Source: a virus
Reading direction: 5' to 3' (one strand)
Length of the DNA stretch: 64,000 nt
Virus record (IMG/VR): IMGVR_UViG_3300045988_184160
Location: 64,001-128,000 of that record
Every line of letters starts with the position of its first letter. The first letter of the stretch is position 1. Below are positions 1 to 11,500 of the stretch, piece by piece. A program made the translations under genes and the position numbers. The notes beneath the pieces were generated by a model. The model made no database searches. It was not told the DNA's origin and was given only the letters and a program-made list of their open reading frames with translations.

Positions 1-1352
1 CTCTAAAATCCGTTAAGGCCCACGAACAGGAAATCGCGGAGGAACTGGAAAGATACCAGCGGGCGCTCGAAGCCTACCAAGGAATTGAACCTAAAGGGTT
101 CCGTGCAGGTTCAGCAGATAGCAGCCCCAACGGTGGTGCTAGTGGCGATAGTTTCAAAGCTTTCAATGAGCAGCAGGCCCAGATTAACGAGCTTCAAGAA
201 AAAAATGAGGAACTTCTCAAACAATTAGATGCCCGAAATATTGAGCTTCAAGACGCACAAAACCAATTAACTAGCGCTAAACATGTGATCAACCGTGGCG
301 CACGCCTAATCGAAGAGTACCAGACAATCAAAAAGCAGAACGAACAGTACGGGGATGCTGCGAGTGAGGTTGCTCTCATGCTAGATAATGCGAACCAAAA
401 AGCCGAAACGCTAAGTTCAGTGAATAAGACCCTAACGGAACAGCTCACTAAAGCCGAAGAAGAGCGTGACCGCCTGTCTAGGACGCTAGAAGAATACAGA
501 AGCGCAGCTTACCTACCTGTTGGTGACCTTGGGGCTCCCCTCCCTAGGGTAGTCTCAAAGAACTTGGGGAAGATCCCTTTCCCCAATATTACGTTCTTCG
601 GTGTGGGAGACAGCAGCTCAATAGAGATGGGGTACAAGGTTTTACAGACCGATGTTTTGGGGTATGCAGAAGCCACTAAAACATATGAGCTGGACGCTCC
701 GCTTCTTATTGATCTTAGCAGGGTGTCAAACGCCGCGTACCGGTTCAATTGCCGCCCTTCGAAAGGTTCCGCTAGTTGGCTCACAAGTCATGGTGCGGCA
801 CCGTTACGTGAGGTGGATGACCTAGCGATTCCTCAGGGAAGGGTTGAAAGCGGGTTGTCTGTTTATGTCCCCGCAACAGAGAACGGGGGTATGCTGCAAG
901 AGTTTGAGATGTTCAACATTGACTGGTTGCAGAAATTCACGTTCCTGAACCACCAAGTGGAGAACGGCACATATGGGCGTGTGGTTGTTTTCCTGGGGGA
1001 TTTAACGAGTCCTTTCGGGGCTTCGATGCTACGTGACCTGATTGACATGGGTAACTACCCGCGTATCTATATTTCGGGGAGCCAGATCTCTTTGAACAGC
1101 ATGGAGAAGCTGACAAGGAAAATTGTTGCTGATAGCAGCATAGATCCCGTCAATAGCTGGCCTAGCTATTTCACGGAAAAAGATATTCTTAATAACTATG
1201 ACGCATTCGGCACTGGTATCGCGCAGCTTGATATCGAGCAGGTTGTTGCTGACACATATATGGGCAGGAAAGTTAAAAGCATATTCCCTGCCCGCAAATA
1301 CCTGAACCGTTACTATGCGATAAATTATATCGAAGCACCAACCATCCACTAG
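1..1352 (+). CDS. hypothetical coiled-coil protein, 5' end outside window
   Basis: The frame of the 285..1352 ORF stays open back to nt 3 (LKSVKAHEQEIAEELERYQRALE...), so the gene starts upstream of the window. Glu/Gln/Leu-rich coiled-coil-like N-part, then a ~270-aa globular part. Only 19 nt to the next gene. Confidence 0.7.
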   Translation, partial: LKSVKAHEQEIAEELERYQRALEAYQGIEPKGFRAGSADSSPNGGASGDSFKAFNEQQAQINELQEKNEELLKQLDARNIELQDAQNQLTSAKHVINRGARLIEEYQTIKKQNEQYGDAASEVALMLDNANQKAETLSSVNKTLTEQLTKAEEERDRLSRTLEEYRSAAYLPVGDLGAPLPRVVSKNLGKIPFPNITFFGVGDSSSIEMGYKVLQTDVLGYAEATKTYELDAPLLIDLSRVSNAAYRFNCRPSKGSASWLTSHGAAPLREVDDLAIPQGRVESGLSVYVPATENGGMLQEFEMFNIDWLQKFTFLNHQVENGTYGRVVVFLGDLTSPFGASMLRDLIDMGNYPRIYISGSQISLNSMEKLTRKIVADSSIDPVNSWPSYFTEKDILNNYDAFGTGIAQLDIEQVVADTYMGRKVKSIFPARKYLNRYYAINYIEAPTIH

Positions 1353-1371
1353 ATAAGGAGGAAAACCGATC

Positions 1372-1875
1372 ATGTCACCAGAACCAAGCAAGAAACAAAC
1401 AAAACATAAAGCAGCGACCGTCCGCATCCCAGAGGATCTTCACGACCTTTTCCAATCGCTCACAGACGCGAGGGTGTTCAACAAGGTTGTTGTGGGGCTA
1501 CTACACATGTATGAGCAGCACCCAGAGGTGCAAGAGTACCTAGTGAACACGTCTGCTAAAGATGAGGAAGCAGCGCAGAGAAGTCTTAAACGTCTCATGC
1601 GGGTTATTAACGCCCCCATGCTTGCAGAGAACGGTCGTGACGCCCCTGATACTGCTGCAACTAACGCTGGTGGTGTTGCGGGTAGTGATGTGATGAATGT
1701 ACTTGCAGATTTACAGGCGCAAATAGCGACCTTGAAACAGGATACTAGCACCTCACCTGCCCTCGGTGCGCCTACCTCAATACCTGCGCCTGAGGCTCGG
1801 CATGATGAATATGCAACGTCCCAGGAAGAAGAGGGTAGTCTGACTGACGATCAAGTAGATGATCTGTTGGGATAA
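1372..1875 (+). CDS. hypothetical protein, possible ribbon-helix-helix DNA-binding N-terminus
   Basis: ATG preceded by aaggagg about 10 nt upstream. The N-terminal KHKAATVRIPEDLHDLFQSL resembles an RHH beta-strand plus helix. Acidic C-tail (SQEEEGSLTDDQVDDLL). The product guess is weak. Confidence 0.65.
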   Translation: MSPEPSKKQTKHKAATVRIPEDLHDLFQSLTDARVFNKVVVGLLHMYEQHPEVQEYLVNTSAKDEEAAQRSLKRLMRVINAPMLAENGRDAPDTAATNAGGVAGSDVMNVLADLQAQIATLKQDTSTSPALGAPTSIPAPEARHDEYATSQEEEGSLTDDQVDDLLG

Positions 1876-1927
1876 TTAGAATAGTAGTATTTAGAGGAAA
1901 ATATTGTGAGGATAGGTGAACTGGTAA

Positions 1928-3745
1928 ATGGCTAGGCAACGAGGCGGAAATAATAATGTGCAGCGGAGAGCACCGCAACCAGTAACACAGCAGAGGAACG
2001 CGGGTCCTGTTGGTGCCCCATCGCCTGCAGGTGCGGGTTCGGTGCGTCACCCCCAGCAGCCCCCAATGAGGCAGGCACAGCAGCAGGCTAACACGTCGAA
2101 TAATCAACCACCACAGCCCATGCCGCAACCAGTCCAGCAGGGGCACCCTTCACCCTACCCTCAGGCACCCCAGAACGAGGAAACAACCCCGCCCGCGCCA
2201 CAAAAAACTAGTGAAGAAACCCCCACGAGTGAAGGCACCCTAGATGATGAAATAACCAGTGTCTACGACCACCTAGACCAAGAAGCTGAAGAGAATATCG
2301 AAGACGACGACTACGAGCTCACCGAAAAACCTAAAAGGTCACTCAGCCGGCGTCTCTTCATCGGTGGTAGTGTACTCGGGGGACTCGCTGCAACTGGTGC
2401 AGCAGTGTGGCATTTCTGGGCGCAAGACTATGTTGCCCCAGTAACTAATGACATCCCGGACGAGTACTCGGCGTCCGCTGCGTTGCTCAGGTTCCAGGAC
2501 GCACTGAACAGTAACAGCACCGAGAAAATCTTCAGCAACGGGTACTTCGTGTGGGAGAACAAGTACGCGCAACGTTCATCCTACCAGCAGAAACTACTCG
2601 AAACACTACTGTCAAAGGTGAAATACACTATCCCCGAGGTTGATGAGGTAACCACAAAAGGGCGGCTCACAGGGCGTAAAATCAGGGCTGACCTAACACA
2701 CCCCGAAGACACTGTTGAGCTTGAGGTTCCCGCGTTAGAGCAGTACGTGTTTGATGAACTGGAAATCAAGAACGCCTACTCTGATGTGGCCACTAAAATC
2801 ACCGAAAAAACCGGTGATAAGACCAGCATCCCAGCGTTGAAAGCAGCTGACTCATATTATTCTTCCATTGACGTTTTCTGTTACCTTCTCACGAAGAAAC
2901 TAGAGAAAAACTACCTGAAAGAAACGCATCGGGAATGGTCCCCTAAATTCGTTGAGGTTGAGAACAAGAAATCCCCGACGGGTTCATCATGGAAAGTGTC
3001 GCCTGAGGAGGAGCAGAGGATCAACGACCTGCTGTTTGGGAAGGCATTCCTGAAAGCGATCATGAACTTCTCCTCAGCGCATATGAAAGCCCCCATCCCC
3101 CAAGAGTGGAGCGGGTTCTTCAACTCTGAGGAAGGTGTAGAGCCTCTAACACTACCGCCTGGGTTCACGTCCGTGTACTGGGCTGGTGCGCACAGGCTCT
3201 TGGAGGTGCTACCGGATTCCTACAAGAATCGTAAAGAGACCGTTCTACCTATCCTCCCGCCCTCCGGTAAGGGCACCAAAGAAGAACCTTACGGCGTGAA
3301 CACTAGGTTCGCGTCAACATTCTTCGCTGGTGACAAGAAAATCCCTATGGCTGCTGAGATCATTGACATCAAAACCGGTGAGGATGCCGCAAAATATTTC
3401 GTGTCTGTGGATGACCGGAACAAGGGCATGTACCACTACTCGAAGCGTGAGTACGTGTACATGCGGCTGCGGGTCACGAACATTGGTGGGGAGAAAGCGA
3501 CCATCAAGGACGATTTCACGCTCATTGAGAAGGGCGGCACGATCAGGAACGCCCCCGGTACCGTGTACGGACTTAAGCCGTTTATTGACCTTGAGCCTTC
3601 CGCCTCAGGGTTCATTGACGTGTGGAGCGGTTCTGATTCTTTGCAGGATGATTTCTTCGCTTGGGGTAAGTCAAACCCAAGTAAAGACGGTTATTTGTAC
3701 TTAACGAAGTCCCGCCCAACGGTAAACTTAGGTAATAACGAATAA
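1928..3745 (+). CDS. membrane protein with Pro/Gln-rich cytoplasmic N-terminus
   Basis: 605-aa ORF. The first ~110 aa are dominated by P/Q/A (PQQPPMRQAQQQ, PQPMPQPVQQ). One hydrophobic helix (LFIGGSVLGGLAATGAAVWHFW) and a ~430-aa C-terminal domain. A hairpin terminator follows. Confidence 0.7.
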   Translation: MARQRGGNNNVQRRAPQPVTQQRNAGPVGAPSPAGAGSVRHPQQPPMRQAQQQANTSNNQPPQPMPQPVQQGHPSPYPQAPQNEETTPPAPQKTSEETPTSEGTLDDEITSVYDHLDQEAEENIEDDDYELTEKPKRSLSRRLFIGGSVLGGLAATGAAVWHFWAQDYVAPVTNDIPDEYSASAALLRFQDALNSNSTEKIFSNGYFVWENKYAQRSSYQQKLLETLLSKVKYTIPEVDEVTTKGRLTGRKIRADLTHPEDTVELEVPALEQYVFDELEIKNAYSDVATKITEKTGDKTSIPALKAADSYYSSIDVFCYLLTKKLEKNYLKETHREWSPKFVEVENKKSPTGSSWKVSPEEEQRINDLLFGKAFLKAIMNFSSAHMKAPIPQEWSGFFNSEEGVEPLTLPPGFTSVYWAGAHRLLEVLPDSYKNRKETVLPILPPSGKGTKEEPYGVNTRFASTFFAGDKKIPMAAEIIDIKTGEDAAKYFVSVDDRNKGMYHYSKREYVYMRLRVTNIGGEKATIKDDFTLIEKGGTIRNAPGTVYGLKPFIDLEPSASGFIDVWSGSDSLQDDFFAWGKSNPSKDGYLYLTKSRPTVNLGNNE

Positions 3746-3757
3746 ATAGAAAACCTT

Positions 3758-3784
3758 GGTGAATTAATATTCACCTGTTTTCTT
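3758..3784 (+). terminator. rho-independent terminator-like hairpin
   Basis: ggtgaat-taat-attcacc stem-loop followed by tgttttctt, 13 nt after the stop codon of the 1928..3745 gene. Confidence 0.6.
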
Positions 3785-3821
3785 GGTGGGCGATTAGTTT
3801 TAGGAGACACAAATTAGTATT

Positions 3822-4700
3822 TTGAATGATTTATCAACACCAGTTGTTCTGTCTGGGCTAGAGTCAGCTGTTCTGCAGTCAGCTAATGTTTTGTCCGTTA
3901 TTAGAACGGAAACTGTGTCTAAGGATGAGGCTGCTTCTATCCTAGCTTCATGGAGTGAACTGAACCGTTGCGCCGAGCAGGCTGGGATACAGGGTTGTTT
4001 CAGGCATGTTTCTAAGGCCCTAGTGAATAAGGGCACTAGGGAAGTTTTCTTTGAGTGCACCGACGCCGCAGGTGACGGTTTCGATATTACAAGTGTCCTC
4101 CCTGACGGCATGCCCCTGTTTGAGTACGCGGCACCTGAGCAGCTGGGGGTTACGCTACCTCCGCCTCCCACCCGTAAACCTGAGCCACCTAACACTGTGT
4201 TTAACGGAAACATGGGTTCCTCTGAAACGGGTGGCTCGGACGTGTATGTTGATGACTGGGGCAGCGACGATAGTGAGCGCACAGAAATAATCCCAGAAGA
4301 CTATGATCCTGATGCGGGTGCGGTCACCATCACCCTCCCCCAGTACGGTCCCACTGTTCAACCGCAACATATTTTCCCTGGGCAGACCCTCACCGTGCGA
4401 CGTGGAAGCGGGGCAACCCTTGACGGGTCAACTATCCTGATCAACCCACTCTTCAAGGACGGTAAAGAAATCTCCCGCCGGCTATCCAGGTCCCATGCGG
4501 AGCTCATCATGGACGAAAGCGGCACCCTTTACATCAAGCCACTCAAAACAGCTAACGGCACCGCGCTTGAACAAAAAACAGGTGACTACACTACCCGCCA
4601 GGAGCTAGACCCCCACACCCTCCACAAGATTGACCTGCCAGCAGTTGTTATGCTGGGGAAAGCTATCAAAATGGAAATAACACAAGGTGAGGGCAGATAG
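3822..4700 (+). CDS. FHA domain-containing protein
   Basis: 292-aa ORF with a TTG start downstream of taggaga. The C-terminal ~90 aa carry the FHA signature (TLTVRRGSGATLDG ... SRSHAELIMDESGTLYIKPLKTANGTAL, i.e. R-G, S-R-x-H, N-G-T). The stop TAG overlaps the GTG start of the next gene by 1 nt (TAGTG). Confidence 0.8.
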   Translation: MNDLSTPVVLSGLESAVLQSANVLSVIRTETVSKDEAASILASWSELNRCAEQAGIQGCFRHVSKALVNKGTREVFFECTDAAGDGFDITSVLPDGMPLFEYAAPEQLGVTLPPPPTRKPEPPNTVFNGNMGSSETGGSDVYVDDWGSDDSERTEIIPEDYDPDAGAVTITLPQYGPTVQPQHIFPGQTLTVRRGSGATLDGSTILINPLFKDGKEISRRLSRSHAELIMDESGTLYIKPLKTANGTALEQKTGDYTTRQELDPHTLHKIDLPAVVMLGKAIKMEITQGEGR

Positions 4701-5755
4701 TGGATCAGGAAAAAAGGAACCTCAAATATGAGACTGGGAGCGTCACCCATAAGAACAGCAAAACAGGGAAACTCACCAACGAAGACTCTTTTTGGGTTGC
4801 CCAAATCAGTGTCCCAAGTGAAAACCCCAGTGAGCGTGTAACTGGCGCTATTCTCTGCGTCTGCGACGGTGTTGGCGGCATAAAAGCAGGTGACTACGCC
4901 TCCCAAGCCGCTATCCGGTTTATCCGTGGGTGGTTCAGCAACGGGCAAAGCAGAAAAATTGATGAGCAGGCGCTCGCAGAGCTGATAAATAAAACACACC
5001 TGCACGTGCAGGAAGCAACAGGGAAGCAGGGGGCAGCGACATGCTCCCTGCTTACGCTCATCGGTGGTGAATGGATATCAGCCCATGTTGGAGACACTAG
5101 GATATACCGTAACTCCCAGAAAATCACTAACGACCACACTGTTCTAGCTGAGCGGGACGTTAAACTTGTCCCAATCCTAGGGGATGCTACGGATCCACAG
5201 AAGCTCTGGGTATCCCACCAGAAGACGGAAACATTCGGTGGGGAGCATTCCGAAATGCCTGCCACTAGCCTAGTGAAGGCGAGTGATAAAGCGCTTTGCC
5301 GTGACGCGCACCTCTGGTTACGGAATGGGCAGCAGCCACCCACCATACCCAGCATCATGCACGTTTATTCTGCTGACACGAAATTCCGTGACGACCAGAA
5401 AGTCATGGTTATGGTGAACAATGTGCTGTCCCTCCGCCCATTCAACAACTACAGGGCTGCCCTCAGGAAGCAGGCTTCAACACTCACTGTCGCTTTAGGG
5501 TCACCGCAGATAGAGAAAATTGAGCCAGAGATCCATAAAGGAACCTACCGTGACGGCGATTTCTTCCTCATCGGATCCGACGGTTTCTGGCATCACCTCG
5601 AAAAAATAAGTGGGTGGGACGATCTTCTGCAGAACACCCCAGATATTAAGAAAACATTAACTGAAATGGCTCACTATTTCCGTGAGCTCAAAGAGAAAGA
5701 CGACATGACAGCCGCACTAGTCCGCTGCCGAAAGAACACTGAGGGGGCGGCATAA
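4700..5755 (+). CDS. PP2C-family (PPM) Ser/Thr protein phosphatase
   Basis: 351-aa ORF with PPM motifs CVCDGVGG, AHVGDTRIY, IGSDGFWH and KDDMTAALV. The start overlaps the FHA gene stop. Confidence 0.85.
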   Translation: MDQEKRNLKYETGSVTHKNSKTGKLTNEDSFWVAQISVPSENPSERVTGAILCVCDGVGGIKAGDYASQAAIRFIRGWFSNGQSRKIDEQALAELINKTHLHVQEATGKQGAATCSLLTLIGGEWISAHVGDTRIYRNSQKITNDHTVLAERDVKLVPILGDATDPQKLWVSHQKTETFGGEHSEMPATSLVKASDKALCRDAHLWLRNGQQPPTIPSIMHVYSADTKFRDDQKVMVMVNNVLSLRPFNNYRAALRKQASTLTVALGSPQIEKIEPEIHKGTYRDGDFFLIGSDGFWHHLEKISGWDDLLQNTPDIKKTLTEMAHYFRELKEKDDMTAALVRCRKNTEGAA

Positions 5756-5758
5756 GAT

Positions 5759-8071
5759 TTGGGTAACATCAACAATAACGGCAACCAAAAGTTCAGGCAT
5801 ATACGGCAGGAGTACACCCATAAAATAGGTGATGCCCTGAACATTGCTAATAAGAATCTCAGGGTCAAAAAAATCCTGTCTGACGGGTCCTCAGGTATGG
5901 CTAACGTCTACCTTGTGGAAGGGATGGATGAGCTCACCAAGAATAACGTCGAATATGTGGTGAAACAAGCTCTTTCACCCGCGCTTTTCAGGAACGCTGT
6001 TCCCCCTGCTGATTACGCGCGCCTGAAGGAAGAGCATAAAGGGCTAGTTCGTGAAGCTACACTGATGCAGACTCTTCGGGGTATACCGAACATCCCAACG
6101 TGTATCGGTACCCGCAATAATGAGACTGAGAAGACCTCTTACATTCTCATGGACTACATTGAGGGTGTTTCCCTCAGTGAATATGTGCGGAGCACCCCAA
6201 ACGGGTGTCTCACTGAGAAAGAAGCTGTTTCTTTGACAAAGAAGATAGCTGACGCGGTTGGTAAGCTCCACGCTAACGGCATCTGCTACAGGGATCTTAA
6301 GCCGGAGAACATTATTATCTCCAAAGTCGGTTCGGAGCCGTTCATTATCGACTTCGGTATATCTGGCAACATGGGTACGACTGATATAACCCCAGGTGGC
6401 ACTAAGGGTTACTATGATGCCTACCAGATGCAGCGGAATGAGCAGACTGGTAAAGTGTTGTACCCGCTCACTGAGAAATACGATATTTTCGCGCTCGGCG
6501 CGGTGTTGGCTTTCATGCTCACGGGTATCAAGCCTGCTCAGTCAACTATTAACGTGTGGTCTTTTGATGTTTTCACTCCTGTGAACCGTAAAACCACGGC
6601 ACCCCGTGAGGTGACTTTCACGGTTTACCAGCAGGTGACCCAAAAAGAAGGTGAGCTGTATTTCAAGAGCAACGGTAACCCGCAGTATATTCAGCGATCC
6701 CCGCACCTTCCACAAACATTCCACCCGCGAGGTGGTGAGCAGTCCAGGTGGGATGAGAGGCAGGACGAGAAATACGCTAACAAGAAGCTACTTTCCAGGG
6801 AAATCATGCAGCCTACCAGCTGCACCAACCCAGACACAGGTGAACTAGAGTACTATGTCCGCACCATCGAAAAATGGGAGGTTTACGGGCTCCCCGAGGT
6901 GCTAGGTGCTGCGTGCACCTCCATGAAAACCCCTCATGTGGATGAGCGCACCGATCTGCCAGAGAAAAAAGACCTCATCTACCGGGAAGAAGGCTCGCAG
7001 TCCAACAAAAAATTTGAGCACACCGTAGAATACTATGCTGTGCTTGAACCTCAGCAGCCCTACCTGACAGGCCCGCATACGGTCCTGAACGCTACACACC
7101 CGAACCCCGCTGTTTCGCAGGGGATAGAGTACGTTATCGGGCGGGCGACGCACCCCAACCTGGATGAGCGGTACAAGGACATATCGGATCTCCTAGTAGA
7201 CCTTGACCAGTACGAGCTGATGGGTGGCGAATACGCCCAGAAGCAGGGTAAAAGGCTGCTCGGTGTTATCGGTGTGCTCCTGCTGGGGATAGGGTCTATC
7301 ACCGGTGGGATCATTGCGCAACAGAACGAGAACAACCAGCAGAACAAAATGTGCTCAGACCTAGCGAATAAAGCGAAAATCTCCGCTAACGTGGATGATT
7401 ATGTGGCTGCCCTAGACAGCTGCCCAACGGCTAAACCCGACATTTATAGGGGTCTCATTGATTCCATAGCGTCTGATGGGTCATTCACGAAGAATGAGGA
7501 AACCCAGCTGGTGAACGTTATTTCCAGTAGGAAAGAAACCCTAGCGAAGGAAGAAGGGTACGGGGCGTTAGCTTTCGACATCGGCAAACTGTACCTGCTC
7601 TACTATTCCACTGGGAAACTTGACGACGGGACCCTGGACAAGGACGGTATGGTGCGCTCCGCTTCCTGGTTCAAAGAAGCTAAAGACGCTGGGTACGACC
7701 CTGACGGCGCGGCAACAGCATACGGTGGTATCGCTGAGTTCCAGAAGACCGTGAACACTCGCGTGCAGGAAGGCACCGACAAAACCATTTTCCGCGCCTA
7801 CTGGGATAACCTGCAGAAGATTGACCGTAACCTGCCCGCGACAGGGAAAATGACTCTCTACGCGGCGCGTGTTGACCTGATCAACTCTTATGCGCATCAC
7901 CTTCATTCTGATGGTGTCCCGAAAGAAGATTTGGAGCGGGCACGCACTGAGATTGAGGCGTATATCGCTGAGAACAAGCCTTCCGGTAAGAAGCAGGAGG
8001 AGCTGTATAGGTACATGGTGTCCCAAATCCCCGCGATGCAGGATGCTATCAGGACAGGTTATGAAGGGTAA
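5759..8071 (+). CDS. Hanks-type Ser/Thr protein kinase with TM helix and extracytoplasmic helical domain
   Basis: 770 aa. Gly-rich loop SDGSSGMANVY, Lys in YVVKQA, catalytic loop YRDLKPENIII, and DFG in IDFGIS. These are followed by a TM helix (LLGVIGVLLLGIGSITGGIIA) and a ~250-aa helical C-domain. TTG start 3 nt after the PP2C stop. Confidence 0.9.
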   Translation: MGNINNNGNQKFRHIRQEYTHKIGDALNIANKNLRVKKILSDGSSGMANVYLVEGMDELTKNNVEYVVKQALSPALFRNAVPPADYARLKEEHKGLVREATLMQTLRGIPNIPTCIGTRNNETEKTSYILMDYIEGVSLSEYVRSTPNGCLTEKEAVSLTKKIADAVGKLHANGICYRDLKPENIIISKVGSEPFIIDFGISGNMGTTDITPGGTKGYYDAYQMQRNEQTGKVLYPLTEKYDIFALGAVLAFMLTGIKPAQSTINVWSFDVFTPVNRKTTAPREVTFTVYQQVTQKEGELYFKSNGNPQYIQRSPHLPQTFHPRGGEQSRWDERQDEKYANKKLLSREIMQPTSCTNPDTGELEYYVRTIEKWEVYGLPEVLGAACTSMKTPHVDERTDLPEKKDLIYREEGSQSNKKFEHTVEYYAVLEPQQPYLTGPHTVLNATHPNPAVSQGIEYVIGRATHPNLDERYKDISDLLVDLDQYELMGGEYAQKQGKRLLGVIGVLLLGIGSITGGIIAQQNENNQQNKMCSDLANKAKISANVDDYVAALDSCPTAKPDIYRGLIDSIASDGSFTKNEETQLVNVISSRKETLAKEEGYGALAFDIGKLYLLYYSTGKLDDGTLDKDGMVRSASWFKEAKDAGYDPDGAATAYGGIAEFQKTVNTRVQEGTDKTIFRAYWDNLQKIDRNLPATGKMTLYAARVDLINSYAHHLHSDGVPKEDLERARTEIEAYIAENKPSGKKQEELYRYMVSQIPAMQDAIRTGYEG

Positions 8072-8086
8072 GAGGGGCTGCGAATA

Positions 8087-8539
8087 ATGATTAGTTTATC
8101 CACCATCCTCATAGTTCTAGGTGTGGCTTTGATCCTCCTAGCCGTCGTACTTTTCGTTGTCTGGGACCTATTCAGCACGTTCCTTTTCTATTCGGTGTCT
8201 ACGCGGCGCAGGAAATCTAAGCGGATATCGTCTGTGTTTGATGAGGCGCGGCAGAGCACTACCCTGCTGAACGGCATATGGAACGCCCCATCCAACACAA
8301 CAACGACAACCCCGCCGCCACCGTCCCCTGAGGTACTGGGTGGGGTGAGTCAAGAGCATGAATCATCGAGTGATCCTCTGTTTGAGGTGGACTGGTCTTC
8401 CGAGGAAGAAGACACTGGGAACACTGTTGTGCTGCCCGCGCTGATCGGGGTGATAGATGAGCAGAACAATCCAATATCTATGCTCGAAAAACCACATATA
8501 ATATATGTAAGCGATGAAGAAACAAACATCCGAGCCTAA
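8087..8539 (+). CDS. small single-pass membrane protein
   Basis: 150 aa. N-terminal hydrophobic segment (ILIVLGVALILLAVVLFVVWDLF...) followed by RRRKSKR (positive-inside), a TTTTTPPPPSP tract and an acidic C-part. 15 nt after the kinase stop. Confidence 0.65.
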   Translation: MISLSTILIVLGVALILLAVVLFVVWDLFSTFLFYSVSTRRRKSKRISSVFDEARQSTTLLNGIWNAPSNTTTTTPPPPSPEVLGGVSQEHESSSDPLFEVDWSSEEEDTGNTVVLPALIGVIDEQNNPISMLEKPHIIYVSDEETNIRA

Positions 8540-8555
8540 AATGGAGTAACCATAA

Positions 8556-11500
8556 ATGTCTACAACTAAAAAGGTGGCTACTGCTGCCGCTGTCGCACTT
8601 GTAGCGACACAGGGTGTTACTGCGCATGCTGACGATAAGAAACCGGATCAGGGGAACAAGCCAGCAGCAACCCAGGCACCGAAGCAGACCAACGATAAGA
8701 ACGACAAAAAAGAAGAGAAGAAGAAGGACCAGGAAACCCCGAAGCCTGCTGTGAAAGCGAAAGTTGCGCAGCAGGTCAAAATCACGCCTGTGGGTGCGGG
8801 GTATGATGCGGATGGTGCCGCTTGGTATGGTCCTAACACGCCGTTGAAGGTGGCGTTATCGTCATCGGACGGTAACCCTATCGGTAACGCCCGTGTGACC
8901 GCGCAGAAGGTCAGCTCTTCTGGTAACCCTGTTGGGGGTCAGGTAGAGGTTTTCCGTGGCGCTGTACCGGACACCGCGAAGGAGTTCACGCTACCGGACA
9001 TGTCTTTGAAATCTGGTGAGCGTGTCGCCGTGACGGTTGCCCCAGAGAACAGGCAACCCGCGCAGACCATACTAGGTTTTGATAGTGAAGCACCCGAAGC
9101 GCCGTCGATGACACTGATTACTAGTGGCGGCGTGACTCACGGTGACACCACGTTCTTCCAGCAGGAAGATGTTCAGCTCAGGCTGGCGCGGTTCGCTGAT
9201 GAAGGTGCTGGCGTGAAAACCGTTTCCCTTGAGCGGTCTGACGATAACGGGAAAACCTGGAAAGAGTACCGCACAGTGAACGGCGCGGAGAACAACCGTG
9301 GCACTGAATGGCATATTCAAGACAGCGGCACCTACAGGTTCCGTGTCGTGGATAACCTAGGTAACAGCAAAGCCTACGGGCTTCACGACCTGTACGACGG
9401 TATCCAGGACAAGATCGAGGTGAAAGCCACCAGCAAACCTGGTGCAGTTGATTTCGGCGTGAACGGGCAGAAGCCGCATGACGGATGGTACAAGGATGCC
9501 GCTGTGGTGGATGTGACCGTGAAATCCACTGGTTTCTGGAACTCTTCACGTATCACCGTGAACGGTCAGGAAGCAGTGGGAAACAAGATTGGGTCTGGTG
9601 ACCGCACTGAGAAGTACACTATTGACCTGTCGAAATTCCCCAAACCTGGTGATGGTACCTACAATATTGATGTTCACACGCTGAACATGTTCCAACGGGA
9701 TACCATCTCCCATAAGGTGAAAGCTGACTTTGAGGCACCAACCGCTAAACTATGGTTGGAAAGCGACAACGGCAACCTTGAGAACGGCACCTGGTACACG
9801 CCCAAAGCACCCGTTTTCGGTATTGACGCCAACGATGAAGCCTCAGGTGTTAAGTCTGTCACCTTGACTTATGAGGATTTCGGGGGGAACAAGAAAACCC
9901 TCAACATCCCAGTCGGTGAACGCTCCGTAAAACTTGACTCTTCAGGGCGTAACTTCACTCTCACCGTTGAAGACAACGCGGGGCACGTAACAACCACCCC
10001 GCTAGGTGGTAACGTCGCTAGCGTGGACTACGACACCCAAGCACCCACCATCGGTAACGTCACCGACCCTAAAACCGTTGACTACAGTGGCGCGAAATGG
10101 CTAACCAGCCGTGATGGGGCACTGGGTTTCAGTATCCCAGACAACGACCTGAGCCGTGTAGATGCGCACATTAACGGGCAGAAAGTGCAGGTTGGGCGTG
10201 ACGGTGACAGGTTCACTATTGATCTAGCGCAAGCTAACATCCTGAACGGAAAAATCGAGCTATCCGTCACCGCAACCGACAAGGCTGGTAACAGCACCGA
10301 CCTGCACAGGGTATGGATGGTGGACAGTGAAGCACCCTCAGAGATCCGTGCAGACGTACACGGTGACGTGCAGGTAACCCCCTGGGGTGCTTACGCGAAA
10401 ACCATGCCCACCATGCAGGTCACGGCGGTGGATAACGGGTCTGGTGTGGCTAAGTATCAGCTGCTTGACGGGTCTGGTAACGTCACCGCAGAATCAGGGA
10501 ACGGTTTCTTCACATCCATCCCAGCGGGCACCACACAGGTCCGGGTGATTGATAACGTCGGGCACCCGACCCTCGTGCCGTTGTCGAAGATCACCCCGTT
10601 CAGCCAGGCACCAGTTATCGACCCGAACGCCCCAGCAGTGAAAATTAACCGCCCTGAGGCGCAGCACAACAACTGGTACGCTAACGATTTCACCCTGTCT
10701 GCTGACGCGACGGATAACGCATCGTTGAAGTCCGCGCAACTGTATGTGAATGGTGTGCTCGTGTCCCAGTTTGATGCTAGGGACGCCGCTAAGTCCGCTA
10801 ACCTGTCTGTGGACACCAGCAAACTTGGGGAACCTAAAGACGGGAAGTACAGTGTCCGCGTCGTCGCAACCGACGCTGCGGGTAACGTCACTGAATCAAC
10901 TGACGAGTTCAATATTGACCGTGTGAATCCTGAGGTTGTTTCGTTTAATTTCGACACGACAGGGACTCAGCCTGCTACTGCTTCTGAGGATTACGGTGTT
11001 TTCGTTTCGTCTTCAACTGGTGTGAACATTATTGCCCGCGACCCTGGGGCTTCCTCTGGGGTGCGTAGCATCACCTACACGCTCCGTAACGCTGATGGTT
11101 CAATTAACCGTCAGGAGACCGTGAACGCTGTGGGCGGGTCAGCGTATGTGACGTTCCCAGCCGATTTCAAGGGTTACGTTGATGCTGTCGCCACGGATAA
11201 TGTGGGGCGTAAATCCTCTAGTGTCCACCCTTACGGTATTGTGTCTGAGACATCTAACTGGCATGCGAACACTGCGAAGGTTGCTATCAGCACACCTGAA
11301 ACGTCCATGTCTGATGCGCAGGGCACACCACTGTATGATCGTGCGACCACCGCAACCTACAACATCAGTTCGCCTGTCGCTGGCATTAAGAAGGTCACCT
11401 ACGGCATTGGGTCTAAAACCCTTGGCGAGTTGAGCCCCGAGCAGCTGCAGGTCACCTCACGGGACAAGAACCTTGTCACAGGCGCGACTGGCACATTCAA